Shown here piece by piece: positions 1 through 9,370 of a DNA stretch of 59,395 nt (its first letter is position 1; each line of letters begins with the position of its first letter). The position numbers were made by a program, and so were the translations under genes. This DNA comes from Candidatus Margulisiibacteriota bacterium (GTDB lineage: Bacteria; Margulisbacteria; WOR-1; O2-12-FULL-45-9). The stretch covers positions 1 to 59,395 of the forward strand of contig JAYEOW010000048.1 of the NCBI GenBank assembly GCA_034723395.1. The letters run 5' to 3'. The notes under the pieces are model-generated. The model had not been told where the DNA came from and did not search any database. It saw only the letters and a program-made list of their open reading frames with translations.

Positions 1-57
1 TTTCTTCTCTAACCCTAAGAGATCACGAATCCTAAAAGAGAGCTCCAAATCCTTCAT
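1..57 (-). CDS. Possible 5' end of a gene running off the window (MKDLELSFRIRDLLGLEKK...)
   Basis: Minus-strand ATG at 57, frame open to the window edge, TATAAT about 14 nt upstream; only 19 codons visible. Confidence 0.35.
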   Translation of the reverse strand, partial: MKDLELSFRIRDLLGLEKK

Positions 58-63
58 AATTTG

Positions 64-120
64 GGTTAGATATTATATGATTTAACGTATAGGGCTATGG
101 TTAGATTTTAGATGATTTAA
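64..120. repeat. 22-bp imperfect direct repeat, two copies, upstream of dnaB
   Basis: ggttagatattatatgatttaa (64-85) and ggttagattttagatgatttaa (99-120), 2 mismatches, 35-bp period. Confidence 0.7.
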
Positions 121-167
121 TTCGTTACCTTGAATCAAACCACGAATTGGAGTAAAATATATGAGTT

Positions 168-1505
168 ATGCCTGAAGAGAGAATCCCCCCGCAGGATTTA
201 ATTGCCGAACAATCTGTTATCGGTTCAATGCTGCTGGATAAGAACGCGATTGTTAAGGTCGTGGAAAAGGTGCAGCCCGACTCTTTCTACCGCGACGCGC
301 ACCGCGTTATTTATGAAGCTATTTTAAATCTGTTTGATAAGGGGGAACCGATCGACCTTATCACCCTCACTAATGCTTTGCGCCGTGCGGGGAGATTGGA
401 TGACGTAGGAGGTTCGGTCTATATTGCTGACCTTCTCAATTCGGTCCCTACCTCTGCCAATGTAGACTATTATGCCAATATCGTCAGCGAGAAGGCAATT
501 TTACGGAAACTGATCGAAGCGGGGACAAAGATTGTTGCCGACGCCTTCGAGAGGAAAGATGATGTCAACCAGGTCCTGGATGATGCCGAAAAATCGGTTT
601 TTGAGATCGCGTTGAACCGGGTTAGCCAGGGATTTTATAAGATTGATTCGGTCATTAAAAAAGTTTTGGATAAGCTCGACACCCTTTACGAGAAGAAAGA
701 AGGGATCACCGGAATGCCGACCGGTTTTCCGGATTTAGATGCTATGACAGGAGGGCTGCAGAACGCGGATTTGATCATCATTGCGGCGCGGCCTTCGGTA
801 GGTAAAACCGCGTTTTCGCTTAACATCGCCCAGAATATGGCGATCAAGCACAAGATCCCGGTAGCGATCTTCTCTTTAGAAATGAGCAAGGAGCAGCTGG
901 CCCAAAGAATGCTTTGTTCCGAAGCCGAAGTTAATGCGCAGAAATTAAAGACGGCCAGCCTGTCCGATACCGGATGGAAGAAATTAACTAGAGCTCTGGG
1001 AAGACTTTCCGAAGCCTCTATATTCATCGATGATACTCCATCGATGACCTCAACCGAGATCCGCGCCAAATCCCGCCGGCTGAAAATGGAACGCGGTTTA
1101 GGCTTGATCGTGGTTGACTATATGCAGCTGATGCGCGGGCGGGGGCGCGTGGAGAATCGTGTCCAGGAGATTTCCGAAATTGCCCGATCGTTGAAAACTC
1201 TTGCCAGAGAGATCGATGTCCCGGTAATTGCCCTTTCACAGCTCTCCCGGGCGGTCGAACAGAGGAATGATCGTATTCCTCGCCTCTCTGACCTGCGTGA
1301 GTCGGGCGAGATCGAGCAGACCGCGGACCTGGTCGCCTTTATCCATCGGGATGATTATTATAACCCTCAATCCGATCGGGGGAATGTTGCCGAGATTATT
1401 ATTGCCAAACAGCGAAACGGCCCGACCGGGACCATAGAACTGGTATTCCGCAAGGAGATCGCGAAATTTTGCAGTAAAGAGAGCCGCTACGAACAAGTCG
1501 CGTAA
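168..1505 (+). CDS. dnaB: Replicative DNA helicase
   Basis: N-terminal PPQDLIAEQSVIG, Walker A AARPSVGKT, DYMQLM, LSQLSR, SDLRESGEIEQTAD, KQRNGPTG. Confidence 0.98.
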   Translation: MPEERIPPQDLIAEQSVIGSMLLDKNAIVKVVEKVQPDSFYRDAHRVIYEAILNLFDKGEPIDLITLTNALRRAGRLDDVGGSVYIADLLNSVPTSANVDYYANIVSEKAILRKLIEAGTKIVADAFERKDDVNQVLDDAEKSVFEIALNRVSQGFYKIDSVIKKVLDKLDTLYEKKEGITGMPTGFPDLDAMTGGLQNADLIIIAARPSVGKTAFSLNIAQNMAIKHKIPVAIFSLEMSKEQLAQRMLCSEAEVNAQKLKTASLSDTGWKKLTRALGRLSEASIFIDDTPSMTSTEIRAKSRRLKMERGLGLIVVDYMQLMRGRGRVENRVQEISEIARSLKTLAREIDVPVIALSQLSRAVEQRNDRIPRLSDLRESGEIEQTADLVAFIHRDDYYNPQSDRGNVAEIIIAKQRNGPTGTIELVFRKEIAKFCSKESRYEQVA

Positions 1506-1507
1506 TT

Positions 1508-1616
1508 AATTTCAAATGTCAAATTTCAAATGTCAAATTATAGTGCGCCTTCGGCGCTTTATTTTTTTAATAATTTTACCTTCATTTGTCATTTTTAATC
1601 TGTTATTTGTCATTTT
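1508..1616. repeat. Heptamer arrays flanking a GC hairpin (GCGCC-TTC-GGCGC)
   Basis: aatttca/aatgtca x4-5 at 1508-1542, hairpin at 1545-1557, atttgtc-type heptamers at 1581-1616. Confidence 0.75.
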
Positions 1617-3093
1617 GCCAAGTCCGGCTTTTTCTCAGGAGCCCGAATTGATTATTAATGCTGACGACCTCTCATATGATAAAGAAAACCATCGCGTAGT
1701 AGCTAAAGGGGCGGTAGAGGTTATTTATGGGGATGTAACCGTTTATGGCAACCAGATTATTTATGACACCAAAGATGAGGAGATCCATGCGGATAACGGG
1801 TTTACGATCAAATATGAAGAGGTATCGATCGAAGGGGACGCTTTAGATTATGAAGTTAAGAAAAAAATAGGAGCGGCAAAAGGATTTAAATTTAGTTATG
1901 AAGGGATCAAGCTGACCGGGGAGCAGATTGATTTTTCACAAGATAAATATATTTTGAAAAATTCATCTTTTACCACTTGTGATCTTGAGTGGCCGCATTA
2001 TCATGTTTCCGCTGGAGAAATTATCCTCTACCCAAAATATGGATGGCTGGTCGCCTATTGGGGATTTTTCTGGTTGGGGAGGGTCCCTTTGGTCCCCGTA
2101 CCAACTTATATTTATGATGTTTGGGCCGAACAGCGGGGCGGGAAAAATATTCCGCCGTTTCCGGAGGTCACTTCTAATGACGAGGATGGAATATTTATTA
2201 ACGAACGCCTGGCTTGGCATATCCGGAGAGAACTTTCCGGCACTTACAGCATTAGCTACGCGACCAGGAAAGGGATTGGCGGAGGGGTGGATGCGAACTA
2301 TATCGCGAACGAAAAAAGCCGCGGCAACGCGCGGTTTGCCGGTAACGCGACTGACGGCTTCTGGGGGGGGGTAACTCACCATGTTTTCTTTGGAAGTGAA
2401 ATTGTCGGAGGTCACGATCTCCCTTTTTCCTTTCTTGCCCAGCCCAATCTATATGAGTTTGACCTGCGGACAACATTGTCTCATCGTGAGCGGACCAACT
2501 ATCAAAGAGTCAGTTATTACCCGGATATTTTACTAAGAACGAATAAAGGGGCCGTGCTATCGGATAATCTGAAGTTTGATGCGGATCTTGGAGTTGGTGT
2601 TGTGGAAGAGGAGAATAATATTAACCTTTCTCGGGGGCTCGCTGGATTAAATGTATATTGGGAGATGCCAGGATCTAATTTTGGCGAGGTTACGCCTTCG
2701 GTCGGTTTAGATTCACGCTTTTATTCTAACGGCGGGAAATGGATAAAGAGTACCGGGGGGATCGATTACCGGAAAAATTTCTTTGATCTCTTTTCGCTGG
2801 GATTGGGTTATCTCCATTACTTTTCGGTTGACGGGGCCAGCCCCTTTAATTTTGAGCTCTATCGTTTTAGCGCGTCCGACCGGCTGAAATCCGACCTTTT
2901 CTTTCTGGTCGGAGAGACTGGAGTGGGCGTATCTACCTCCTACTTCCTCGATACCCGGAGCCCTGAGGATATAGATTACGCTTTATATTTCAGGCTGCAC
3001 TGCTACAATATGATCGTGCAGTATCGATCATTACGCAATGAATTCAGCTTGGGTTTTAGCCTGGCAGGAGGCGACAATGTTCATCACCCTTGA
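1516..3093 (+). CDS. LptD/OstA-like outer-membrane assembly protein
   Basis: Signal peptide, OstA-like INADDLSYD...AKGAVEVIYG, FTTCDLEWPHYHVSA motif, beta-strand-rich C-terminus. Confidence 0.75.
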   Translation: MSNFKCQIIVRLRRFIFLIILPSFVIFNLLFVILPSPAFSQEPELIINADDLSYDKENHRVVAKGAVEVIYGDVTVYGNQIIYDTKDEEIHADNGFTIKYEEVSIEGDALDYEVKKKIGAAKGFKFSYEGIKLTGEQIDFSQDKYILKNSSFTTCDLEWPHYHVSAGEIILYPKYGWLVAYWGFFWLGRVPLVPVPTYIYDVWAEQRGGKNIPPFPEVTSNDEDGIFINERLAWHIRRELSGTYSISYATRKGIGGGVDANYIANEKSRGNARFAGNATDGFWGGVTHHVFFGSEIVGGHDLPFSFLAQPNLYEFDLRTTLSHRERTNYQRVSYYPDILLRTNKGAVLSDNLKFDADLGVGVVEEENNINLSRGLAGLNVYWEMPGSNFGEVTPSVGLDSRFYSNGGKWIKSTGGIDYRKNFFDLFSLGLGYLHYFSVDGASPFNFELYRFSASDRLKSDLFFLVGETGVGVSTSYFLDTRSPEDIDYALYFRLHCYNMIVQYRSLRNEFSLGFSLAGGDNVHHP

Positions 3094-3697
3094 GGGGCCG
3101 GAGGGGAGCGGTAAATCGACCCACGCGACCAGATTAAAGTCTTATCTGGAAGGAAAAGGATTTAAAGTCATACTAACCCACGAGCCGGGGGGGACACAGG
3201 TGGGAAAGACCATCCGCGAGATGCTCTTGCATCCGGAGGGGAAGTTTGACCAGACCACGGAGATATTTATGTTTGCCGCCGACCGGGCGGAGCATGTAAG
3301 CAAGATTATCCAACCGGGGCTGAAGAATGGTAAGGTAGTTATTTCCGACCGTTTTACCGATTCGACCCTCGCGTACCAGTGCGGCGGGAGAGGATTGCCC
3401 GAAGACCAGGTCCGCTATATGAACATGGTTTCGTCCAAGGGTTTGGTCCCCGAGCTGACGGTGCTGCTCGATGTTTCTCCGGAGACCGGCATTAAAAGGG
3501 CGACCGAGAACGGGACTTCCGACCGGTTTGAAAGGGAGCGGATAAAGTTCCATAAGCGGGTGCGGAGAAAATATCTGCAGATCGCCAAAGATGATCCGGG
3601 TAGGGTAAAAGTCATAAAAACAGATAATAAGGATATCGACAAGGTCCAGAATGAGATCCGAAAGGCGATAGATGAAAAGTTCGGAAATAAGAAATAG
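3077..3697 (+). CDS. tmk: Thymidylate kinase (start moved to MFITLEG at 3077)
   Basis: FITLEGPEGSGKST P-loop, HEPGGT, SDRFTDSTLAYQ; AGGAGG upstream of 3077. Confidence 0.96.
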   Translation: MFITLEGPEGSGKSTHATRLKSYLEGKGFKVILTHEPGGTQVGKTIREMLLHPEGKFDQTTEIFMFAADRAEHVSKIIQPGLKNGKVVISDRFTDSTLAYQCGGRGLPEDQVRYMNMVSSKGLVPELTVLLDVSPETGIKRATENGTSDRFERERIKFHKRVRRKYLQIAKDDPGRVKVIKTDNKDIDKVQNEIRKAIDEKFGNKK

Positions 3698-6359
3698 GTT
3701 CTTAAAATATTTTGAAGGTAAAGGGCATAAGATACTGCCGGGATCTTCGCTGGTGCCGACCGATCCAACGGTGCTTTTAACCCTGGCAGGGATGCTGCAA
3801 TTTAAGCCGATCTTCTTAGGTGAAGAAAAGCCGCAGTATAAAACAGCGACTACCGTCCAAAAATGCCTAAGGATGAACGATATCGAGAATGTCGGGAAAA
3901 CCGCGCGCCATCTTACTTTTTTCGAAATGCTGGGCAACTTTTCCTTTGGCGATTACTTCAAAAAAGAGGCGATCGGATTTGCCTGGGAGCTTTTAACCGA
4001 AGGATATGCATTACCTAGAGAAAAACTCTCCGCCGCTGTTTTTGAAAAAGATGACGAAGCCTATGCGATCTGGAAAGATATAATTAAACTTCCCGAAAAT
4101 AGGATTTTCCGCCTGGATGAGGAAAATAATTTTTGGTCGGTGGGCCCTACCGGTCCTTGTGGCCCCTGCTCGGAGATATATTACGATTTCGGTCCGGAGA
4201 AGGGATGCGGTAAGCCCAATTGCCGGCCGGGATGCGATTGCGACCGGTTTCTCGAGGTCTGGAATCTGGTTTTTATTCAATATAATCGGAATGAAAAAGA
4301 AGATCTGATCCCCTTAAAAGTAAGAGGGATCGATACCGGGATGGGATTGGAGCGTTTAGCTTCTATCCTCCAGGGAGTGGATAATAATTTTGAGACCGAT
4401 CTCTTTGTCCCGTTGATTAAAAAGACCTTAACTTTTACAAAATTACAAGATCCATCAAAAGCCTCACTGCGGATAGTCGCCGACCATACGCGGGCGATGA
4501 CCAACCTGATTAGTGACGGAATCTATCCAGGAAACACCGGCCGCGGTTATGTTCTCCGCCGGATTATTCGCCGGGCAGTACGCCATGGAAAACTTCTCGG
4601 TATACAAAAACCGTTTTTGGTAGATCTGGCTAAAGAAGTCGTTGCGGAGATGAAAGATGTTTATCCGGTATTAGCTAAGAGAGAAAAAATTATTTGTGAA
4701 GTTATCCAAACTGAGGAAGATAACTTTTTAACCACACTTAAGCAGGGGATGGAGCTTTTTAATAAAATAATGGAGCAGCATAAAGCGGATAAAATCATTC
4801 CCGGAGAGACCGCCTTTAAACTACACGACACATTTGGTTTTCCAATCGAGCTGACCCGGGAGATCGCGGAAGAGAACGGTTTTAAGGTCGATGAGCAGGG
4901 ATTTGAAAAGGCGATGGAGGGGCAAAAAGAGCGGGCGAGAGAGGCGGGGATCCCGGCCGAAAAGAAGGAAAAGGTTGCTAAGTTGGATCTTAGCAAGTTA
5001 AAAACGACTAAATTCCTTGGTTATGAAAAGGATTCGTCTGATGCAAAAATTATTAAAATATTCCCAGAGGAAAAAATCGTTGTTTTGGATAAAACTCCTT
5101 TCTATGGAGAGAGCGGAGGGCAAGTGGGTGACACCGGATTGATCAATGATATTAGAGTAACCGATACGTTGCTTTCTCCTAGCGGAGTTATTCTCCACGT
5201 GGTGGAAAAAGTCGACGGATTAAAAGAGAAAGCTAAAGTGAAAGCGACGATCGATGGTTCAAGAAGAGCGGCGATCAAAGCGCACCATACCGCTACCCAC
5301 CTTTTACATAAAGCGCTGCGTGAAGTTCTTGGCGACCATGTAACGCAGTCGGGCTCTTATGTAGGTCCCGATAAGCTCCGCTTTGATTTTAAACATTTCC
5401 AGGCGATGAAGCCGGAAGAGATCGCGAAGGTAGAACGCATCGTTAACGAACAGATCAAGCGGAAATGTAAAGTTGATGTTTCGCAGAAGTCATATGACGA
5501 AGCGATCAAGATGGGTGCGATGGCCCTTTTTGGCGAAAAATATGGCGATAAAGTAAGAGTTTTGGACATCAAAGATTTTAGCACCGAACTTTGCGGAGGC
5601 ACCCACGTCGGATCGACCGGCGAGATATTGTTCTTTAAGGTCCTTTCGGAGAGCGCGCTCGGCGCTGGAGTAAGGAGAATTGAAGCGGTTGCCGGACAGA
5701 AGGCGAAGGTTAATGTTCTTTACCAGGCAAAATCACTTAAGGCTGAGGTCGAGAACCTGCTCAAAAAGTATCGAGCTCTGCAGGCGGAGAAAGAGAGTTT
5801 AGGCGGGAAGCAATTTAATGAGACCGGTATTTTCCAGATCGAATTGACCGAACTTGAGAGTTTGGTTAACGCGGTAGATAACCAGGACTCGGTCAATGTA
5901 AAAAAATTTCTTGATCATTTCAGGGGGCGTGAAGAGTGGCTTGAAGAGAGGATCGTAAAATCGGAGAAAGAGATCCGGGACATTAAATTAAAACAAGCAT
6001 CGGGTGACGCGTCTTCATATCTTAGCGAAGTAAAAGAGATTGCTGAAGTAAAAGTACTGGCCAAAGAATTTGAAGGCCACAGTATGCAGATGCTGCGGGC
6101 GGTATCAGATACGTTACAGAATCAATTGAAATCATGCATTGTGGTGTTAGCTTCAGCATTCCCCGGAAGATTAATTTTCCTGATCACTGTAACTAAAGAT
6201 CTGATCGAAAAAGGATATTCGGCTAAGAAGCTTGCAGATATTTTTACCCAGGTTGTTGGCGGAAAAGGTGGAGGGAAAGAGGCCAAAGCTGAAGGTGGAG
6301 GGAAAGATCCCTCTAAGATCAGAGAGGCACTCGAAAAAGTATGCGCAAGCTTGGGATAG
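3672..6359 (+). CDS. alaS: Alanine--tRNA ligase
   Basis: SEIRNRFLKYF, HLTFFEMLGNFSFGDYFK, DTGMGLER, editing motifs HHTATHLLH and ELCGGTH, C-Ala GGKGGG. Confidence 0.99.
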   Translation: MKSSEIRNRFLKYFEGKGHKILPGSSLVPTDPTVLLTLAGMLQFKPIFLGEEKPQYKTATTVQKCLRMNDIENVGKTARHLTFFEMLGNFSFGDYFKKEAIGFAWELLTEGYALPREKLSAAVFEKDDEAYAIWKDIIKLPENRIFRLDEENNFWSVGPTGPCGPCSEIYYDFGPEKGCGKPNCRPGCDCDRFLEVWNLVFIQYNRNEKEDLIPLKVRGIDTGMGLERLASILQGVDNNFETDLFVPLIKKTLTFTKLQDPSKASLRIVADHTRAMTNLISDGIYPGNTGRGYVLRRIIRRAVRHGKLLGIQKPFLVDLAKEVVAEMKDVYPVLAKREKIICEVIQTEEDNFLTTLKQGMELFNKIMEQHKADKIIPGETAFKLHDTFGFPIELTREIAEENGFKVDEQGFEKAMEGQKERAREAGIPAEKKEKVAKLDLSKLKTTKFLGYEKDSSDAKIIKIFPEEKIVVLDKTPFYGESGGQVGDTGLINDIRVTDTLLSPSGVILHVVEKVDGLKEKAKVKATIDGSRRAAIKAHHTATHLLHKALREVLGDHVTQSGSYVGPDKLRFDFKHFQAMKPEEIAKVERIVNEQIKRKCKVDVSQKSYDEAIKMGAMALFGEKYGDKVRVLDIKDFSTELCGGTHVGSTGEILFFKVLSESALGAGVRRIEAVAGQKAKVNVLYQAKSLKAEVENLLKKYRALQAEKESLGGKQFNETGIFQIELTELESLVNAVDNQDSVNVKKFLDHFRGREEWLEERIVKSEKEIRDIKLKQASGDASSYLSEVKEIAEVKVLAKEFEGHSMQMLRAVSDTLQNQLKSCIVVLASAFPGRLIFLITVTKDLIEKGYSAKKLADIFTQVVGGKGGGKEAKAEGGGKDPSKIREALEKVCASLG

Positions 6360-6748
6360 ACTATGGAGAAAAGCGGATAGGCATTGCGGTTTCTGATCCT
6401 CTTGGAATTGCTGCACAACCGGTGGAAGTCATTGAAAATAGTGATCAAGTGATTGAGAGATTGAGTGATATAGTTAGCCGGTATGAACAGGTGGACGAGA
6501 TAATTGTTGGTCTGCCGAAAACTTTAAAAGGTGAGGTTGGGATAGCAGCGGAAAAGGTTTTGAAGTTTGTCGAAGAATTGAAAAAAGTAGTCAAAATTCC
6601 AATTGTTACCTGGGATGAGCGGATGACTACCGCGGCGGCGGAGAAAAATTTAATTGCCGCCGGGTTATCGCGCGGGAAGCGAAAGAAAGTAATTGATAAG
6701 TCAGCCGCGGCTTATATTTTGCAAAGCTATTTGGATGTGAAACGATGA
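6341..6748 (+). CDS. ruvX: YqgF/RuvX family nuclease
   Basis: LGIDYGEKRIGIAVSD, WDERMTT, IDKSAAAYILQSYLD; alaS-yqgF-mltG gene order. Confidence 0.95.
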   Translation: MRKLGIDYGEKRIGIAVSDPLGIAAQPVEVIENSDQVIERLSDIVSRYEQVDEIIVGLPKTLKGEVGIAAEKVLKFVEELKKVVKIPIVTWDERMTTAAAEKNLIAAGLSRGKRKKVIDKSAAAYILQSYLDVKR

Positions 6749-7854
6749 AAACCTCACCCCGCCCCTCGACAAGCTCGGGGCACCCCTCTCCATCAAAGAT
6801 GGAGAGGGGAATGAATTCGCCGAAGGCGAAGAAAGGGGTGAGGATTGGATTCTGGATTTTTGTGCTGGGATTTGGGATTTTAATTATTTTATTTGCCGCT
6901 TCTCTCCTCCAAGCTGCCAATCCTTTAGACCGGACACAGTACAAGATCGATATTCCAAAAGGCGCTTCAACTAAAACTATTCAAAGTATGTTGGAAAAGA
7001 AGAGTATCTTAAGGAGAAAAAGCAGTTTTTCAATTGCCAGTCGTCTTTTGAACGTTTCAAAAAATATCCAGGCCGGGCAGTATGAGCTCTCCCCATCGGA
7101 TACTTTATTTACTGTTTTATCGAAGCTGAAAAGAGGCGATGTTTACCAGCCCGAAGAGGTCCGCAAGATGGTTACCTTCCCAGAAGGAATGTCGATCTAT
7201 AAGATGGGGGAAGCACTCCGAAAGAACGGGATCAGCGATCCGGATAAATTCAAAGGATTAGTAAAAGAGGGGATTACCGAAGAGCTTAGAAACCGGCATT
7301 GGGCGATCTTTAAATATATTCCTTCTGAATCGCTGGAAGGATATTTATATCCGGACACATATTGGTTTTTTGAGAAAGGAGAGATTGAGGACCTGGTAGA
7401 GGTTATGCTGGCCCGGTTTGAAGAATTAGTTTTGCCTTTCTGGGCAAAGGCCAAAAAGGATACAAAATATTCGCTGCACGAGATCATCACCCTGGCTTCG
7501 ATCATTGAAAAAGAGGCGCAGAAGAAAGAAGAGCGCAAGATTATCTCTTCGGTCTATCATAACCGCCTAGAAAAGAATATGTTTATGGCCTCCTGTCCGA
7601 CGATTAAGTACGCATTAGATGAGCCGACCAAGAAGGTTTATTATGAGCAGTTAGACATTAAGTCACCTTATAACACGTATAAGAACAAAGGCCTGCCGCC
7701 GGGGCCGATCTGTAATCCTGGATTGGAATCAATTAAAGCGGCAGTTTATCCCGCAAAGACCAACTATTATTATTTTGTTGCCAAAAAAGACGGCAGCCAT
7801 TATTTTTCTGCAACCTGGGATGGACACCAGAAAGCTAAATATAATAACCGCTAA
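6745..7854 (+). CDS. mltG: Endolytic murein transglycosylase MltG (YceG), N-terminus encoded by a repeat element
   Basis: LEGYLYPDTY, LASIIEKEA, SVYHNRL, SPYNTYKNKGLPPGPICNPG; ATGA overlap with the ruvX stop. Confidence 0.95.
   Translation: MKTSPRPSTSSGHPSPSKMERGMNSPKAKKGVRIGFWIFVLGFGILIILFAASLLQAANPLDRTQYKIDIPKGASTKTIQSMLEKKSILRRKSSFSIASRLLNVSKNIQAGQYELSPSDTLFTVLSKLKRGDVYQPEEVRKMVTFPEGMSIYKMGEALRKNGISDPDKFKGLVKEGITEELRNRHWAIFKYIPSESLEGYLYPDTYWFFEKGEIEDLVEVMLARFEELVLPFWAKAKKDTKYSLHEIITLASIIEKEAQKKEERKIISSVYHNRLEKNMFMASCPTIKYALDEPTKKVYYEQLDIKSPYNTYKNKGLPPGPICNPGLESIKAAVYPAKTNYYYFVAKKDGSHYFSATWDGHQKAKYNNR
6752..6843. repeat. REP-like multi-hairpin element, copy 1
   Basis: Outer inverted repeat cctcacccc...ggggtgagg enclosing hairpins cccctcgacaagctcgggg, cccctctccat/atggagagggg and ttcgccgaaggcgaa. 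Confidence 0.85.
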
Positions 7855-7857
7855 ATC

Positions 7858-7885
7858 TGAAATTTTCCCCATTCTTTCCTGATAT
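7858..7885 (+). promoter_or_regulatory. Putative sigma-28-like promoter, copy 1
   Basis: tGAAA-ttttccccattcttt (15 nt)-CCTGATAT, 6 nt before the ATG at 7892; same motif at 12242 and 58238. Confidence 0.55.
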
Positions 7886-7891
7886 ATAGAT

Positions 7892-9064
7892 ATGAGCAAG
7901 AGTTTTTTATTAAGACGCAGAGGATTAATGGAGCGCCGGACAATAGTAAAAACCAGATTTCTGGAGAATAAGCAAAAAATTATCGAAAAGCGCTGGATCA
8001 AAGCCCTCCAAAAAGATTATAAAACCGCTAAAGTAGCTTTTAATAGGCTGCTTAAATTGAGTGCTTATCAATTGCCCGCAAGTATTCTGTTGGCGGCCAG
8101 TAAATGGGATGCAGATAAAGGGTCTTTATTAGCTGAATTTAATAAACTTAAGAAGATATTACCCATTGATCTTATTAGCAAAGGAGATATCGGTTCGATC
8201 TCAAAGTTTGAAAGCAAAGGAATTTTTGGGATAACAGATATTGGCGGGAGAAGAAACAATGAGGATGCAATTGCGGTTTTTAAACATAAGGGGAAGATAT
8301 ATTTGTTGTTAGCGGATGGGGTGGGAGGAGCAGCGGATGGGGAGATCGCCTCCCATTTAGCCCTTTTACACATGATGGTTGCGCTTGAAAAGGATCCGCA
8401 TAATCTTGACGCGGCCATTCGAAAAGCGAGTGATATGGTTAAGCAGGGGATAGAATCAACAGGAACTCCGGGGACAACGCTTGTTGTCGCCATGATCGAA
8501 AAGGATCTAGTTACCGTTGCTCATGTCGGAGACAGCCCGATCTTCCTGCTTAAGCGGAGCGGGGAGCTCCGGCTGTTGACTCTGCCGCATTCTCAAACCA
8601 TCAACATGGCAAGAATGATCAGGGATAAAGATGTAAAGGTATTTATTAAGGATGGTTTACCAGAGGAGATTAAAGGTGAATTAAATAAGATAGATATGGA
8701 TAAGCCGCCTTTCCCATTTAAGTTGTTATATCTAATTAATCAGGTGGAGGAATTCATGATAGGTTTTACACCTTTTACCCGCAGGATGGTGGGGGCGGTC
8801 AATAGAATTGTCGGGATCAAGGTTGGGGATGTTATCCCGATTTATAACTTTAGGATACAAAAAGGGGAAAGGCTCTTGCTTACATCTGATGGACTGGATC
8901 TGACATGGCATAACCGAAAGGGGATGAATTTGGGAAAAGTTCTGGTTGAGGCAATGAATCAAACTGATCGACTAGGCATTCGAATGCATAAATTTATGCA
9001 AGTAGTAAGATCATTGCAGGGTAGAGATGATGATAATGCGTCCGGGATAATATATGAAGCTTAA
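7892..9064 (+). CDS. PP2C/PPM-family Ser/Thr protein phosphatase with an unrecognised ~105-aa N-terminal extension
   Basis: TDIGGRRNNEDA, LADGVGG, GTTL, AHVGDS, LTSDGL and DDN motifs. Confidence 0.85.
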   Translation: MSKSFLLRRRGLMERRTIVKTRFLENKQKIIEKRWIKALQKDYKTAKVAFNRLLKLSAYQLPASILLAASKWDADKGSLLAEFNKLKKILPIDLISKGDIGSISKFESKGIFGITDIGGRRNNEDAIAVFKHKGKIYLLLADGVGGAADGEIASHLALLHMMVALEKDPHNLDAAIRKASDMVKQGIESTGTPGTTLVVAMIEKDLVTVAHVGDSPIFLLKRSGELRLLTLPHSQTINMARMIRDKDVKVFIKDGLPEEIKGELNKIDMDKPPFPFKLLYLINQVEEFMIGFTPFTRRMVGAVNRIVGIKVGDVIPIYNFRIQKGERLLLTSDGLDLTWHNRKGMNLGKVLVEAMNQTDRLGIRMHKFMQVVRSLQGRDDDNASGIIYEA

Positions 9065-9370
9065 TTATTCCCACTCGATAGTCGACGGCGGTTTTGAGGA
9101 GATATCATAAACTACACGATTAACTTCCGGGGTTTCATTTACAATCCGATTAGAAATCTTTTCAAGTAACTCATAAGGCAACCTCGCCCAATCGGCGGTC
9201 ATTGCATCTTTGGATTCAACTGCACGAATGGCAACCGTATTCAGATAAGTTCTTTTATCACCCATAACTCCCACTGTTCGAATTGGAAGAAGAACGGCGA
9301 ACGATTGCCAGAGCTTTTTATATAATCCAGCGCTTTTAATTTCGCCGACAACGATATCATCCACTTCCTG
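9065..9370 (-). pseudogene. Diverged duplicate of the 3' 306 bp of guaA
   Basis: Colinear with 10662-10967; protein near-identical (GEIKSAG vs SEIKEAG) with many synonymous changes; no 5' part. Confidence 0.92.
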
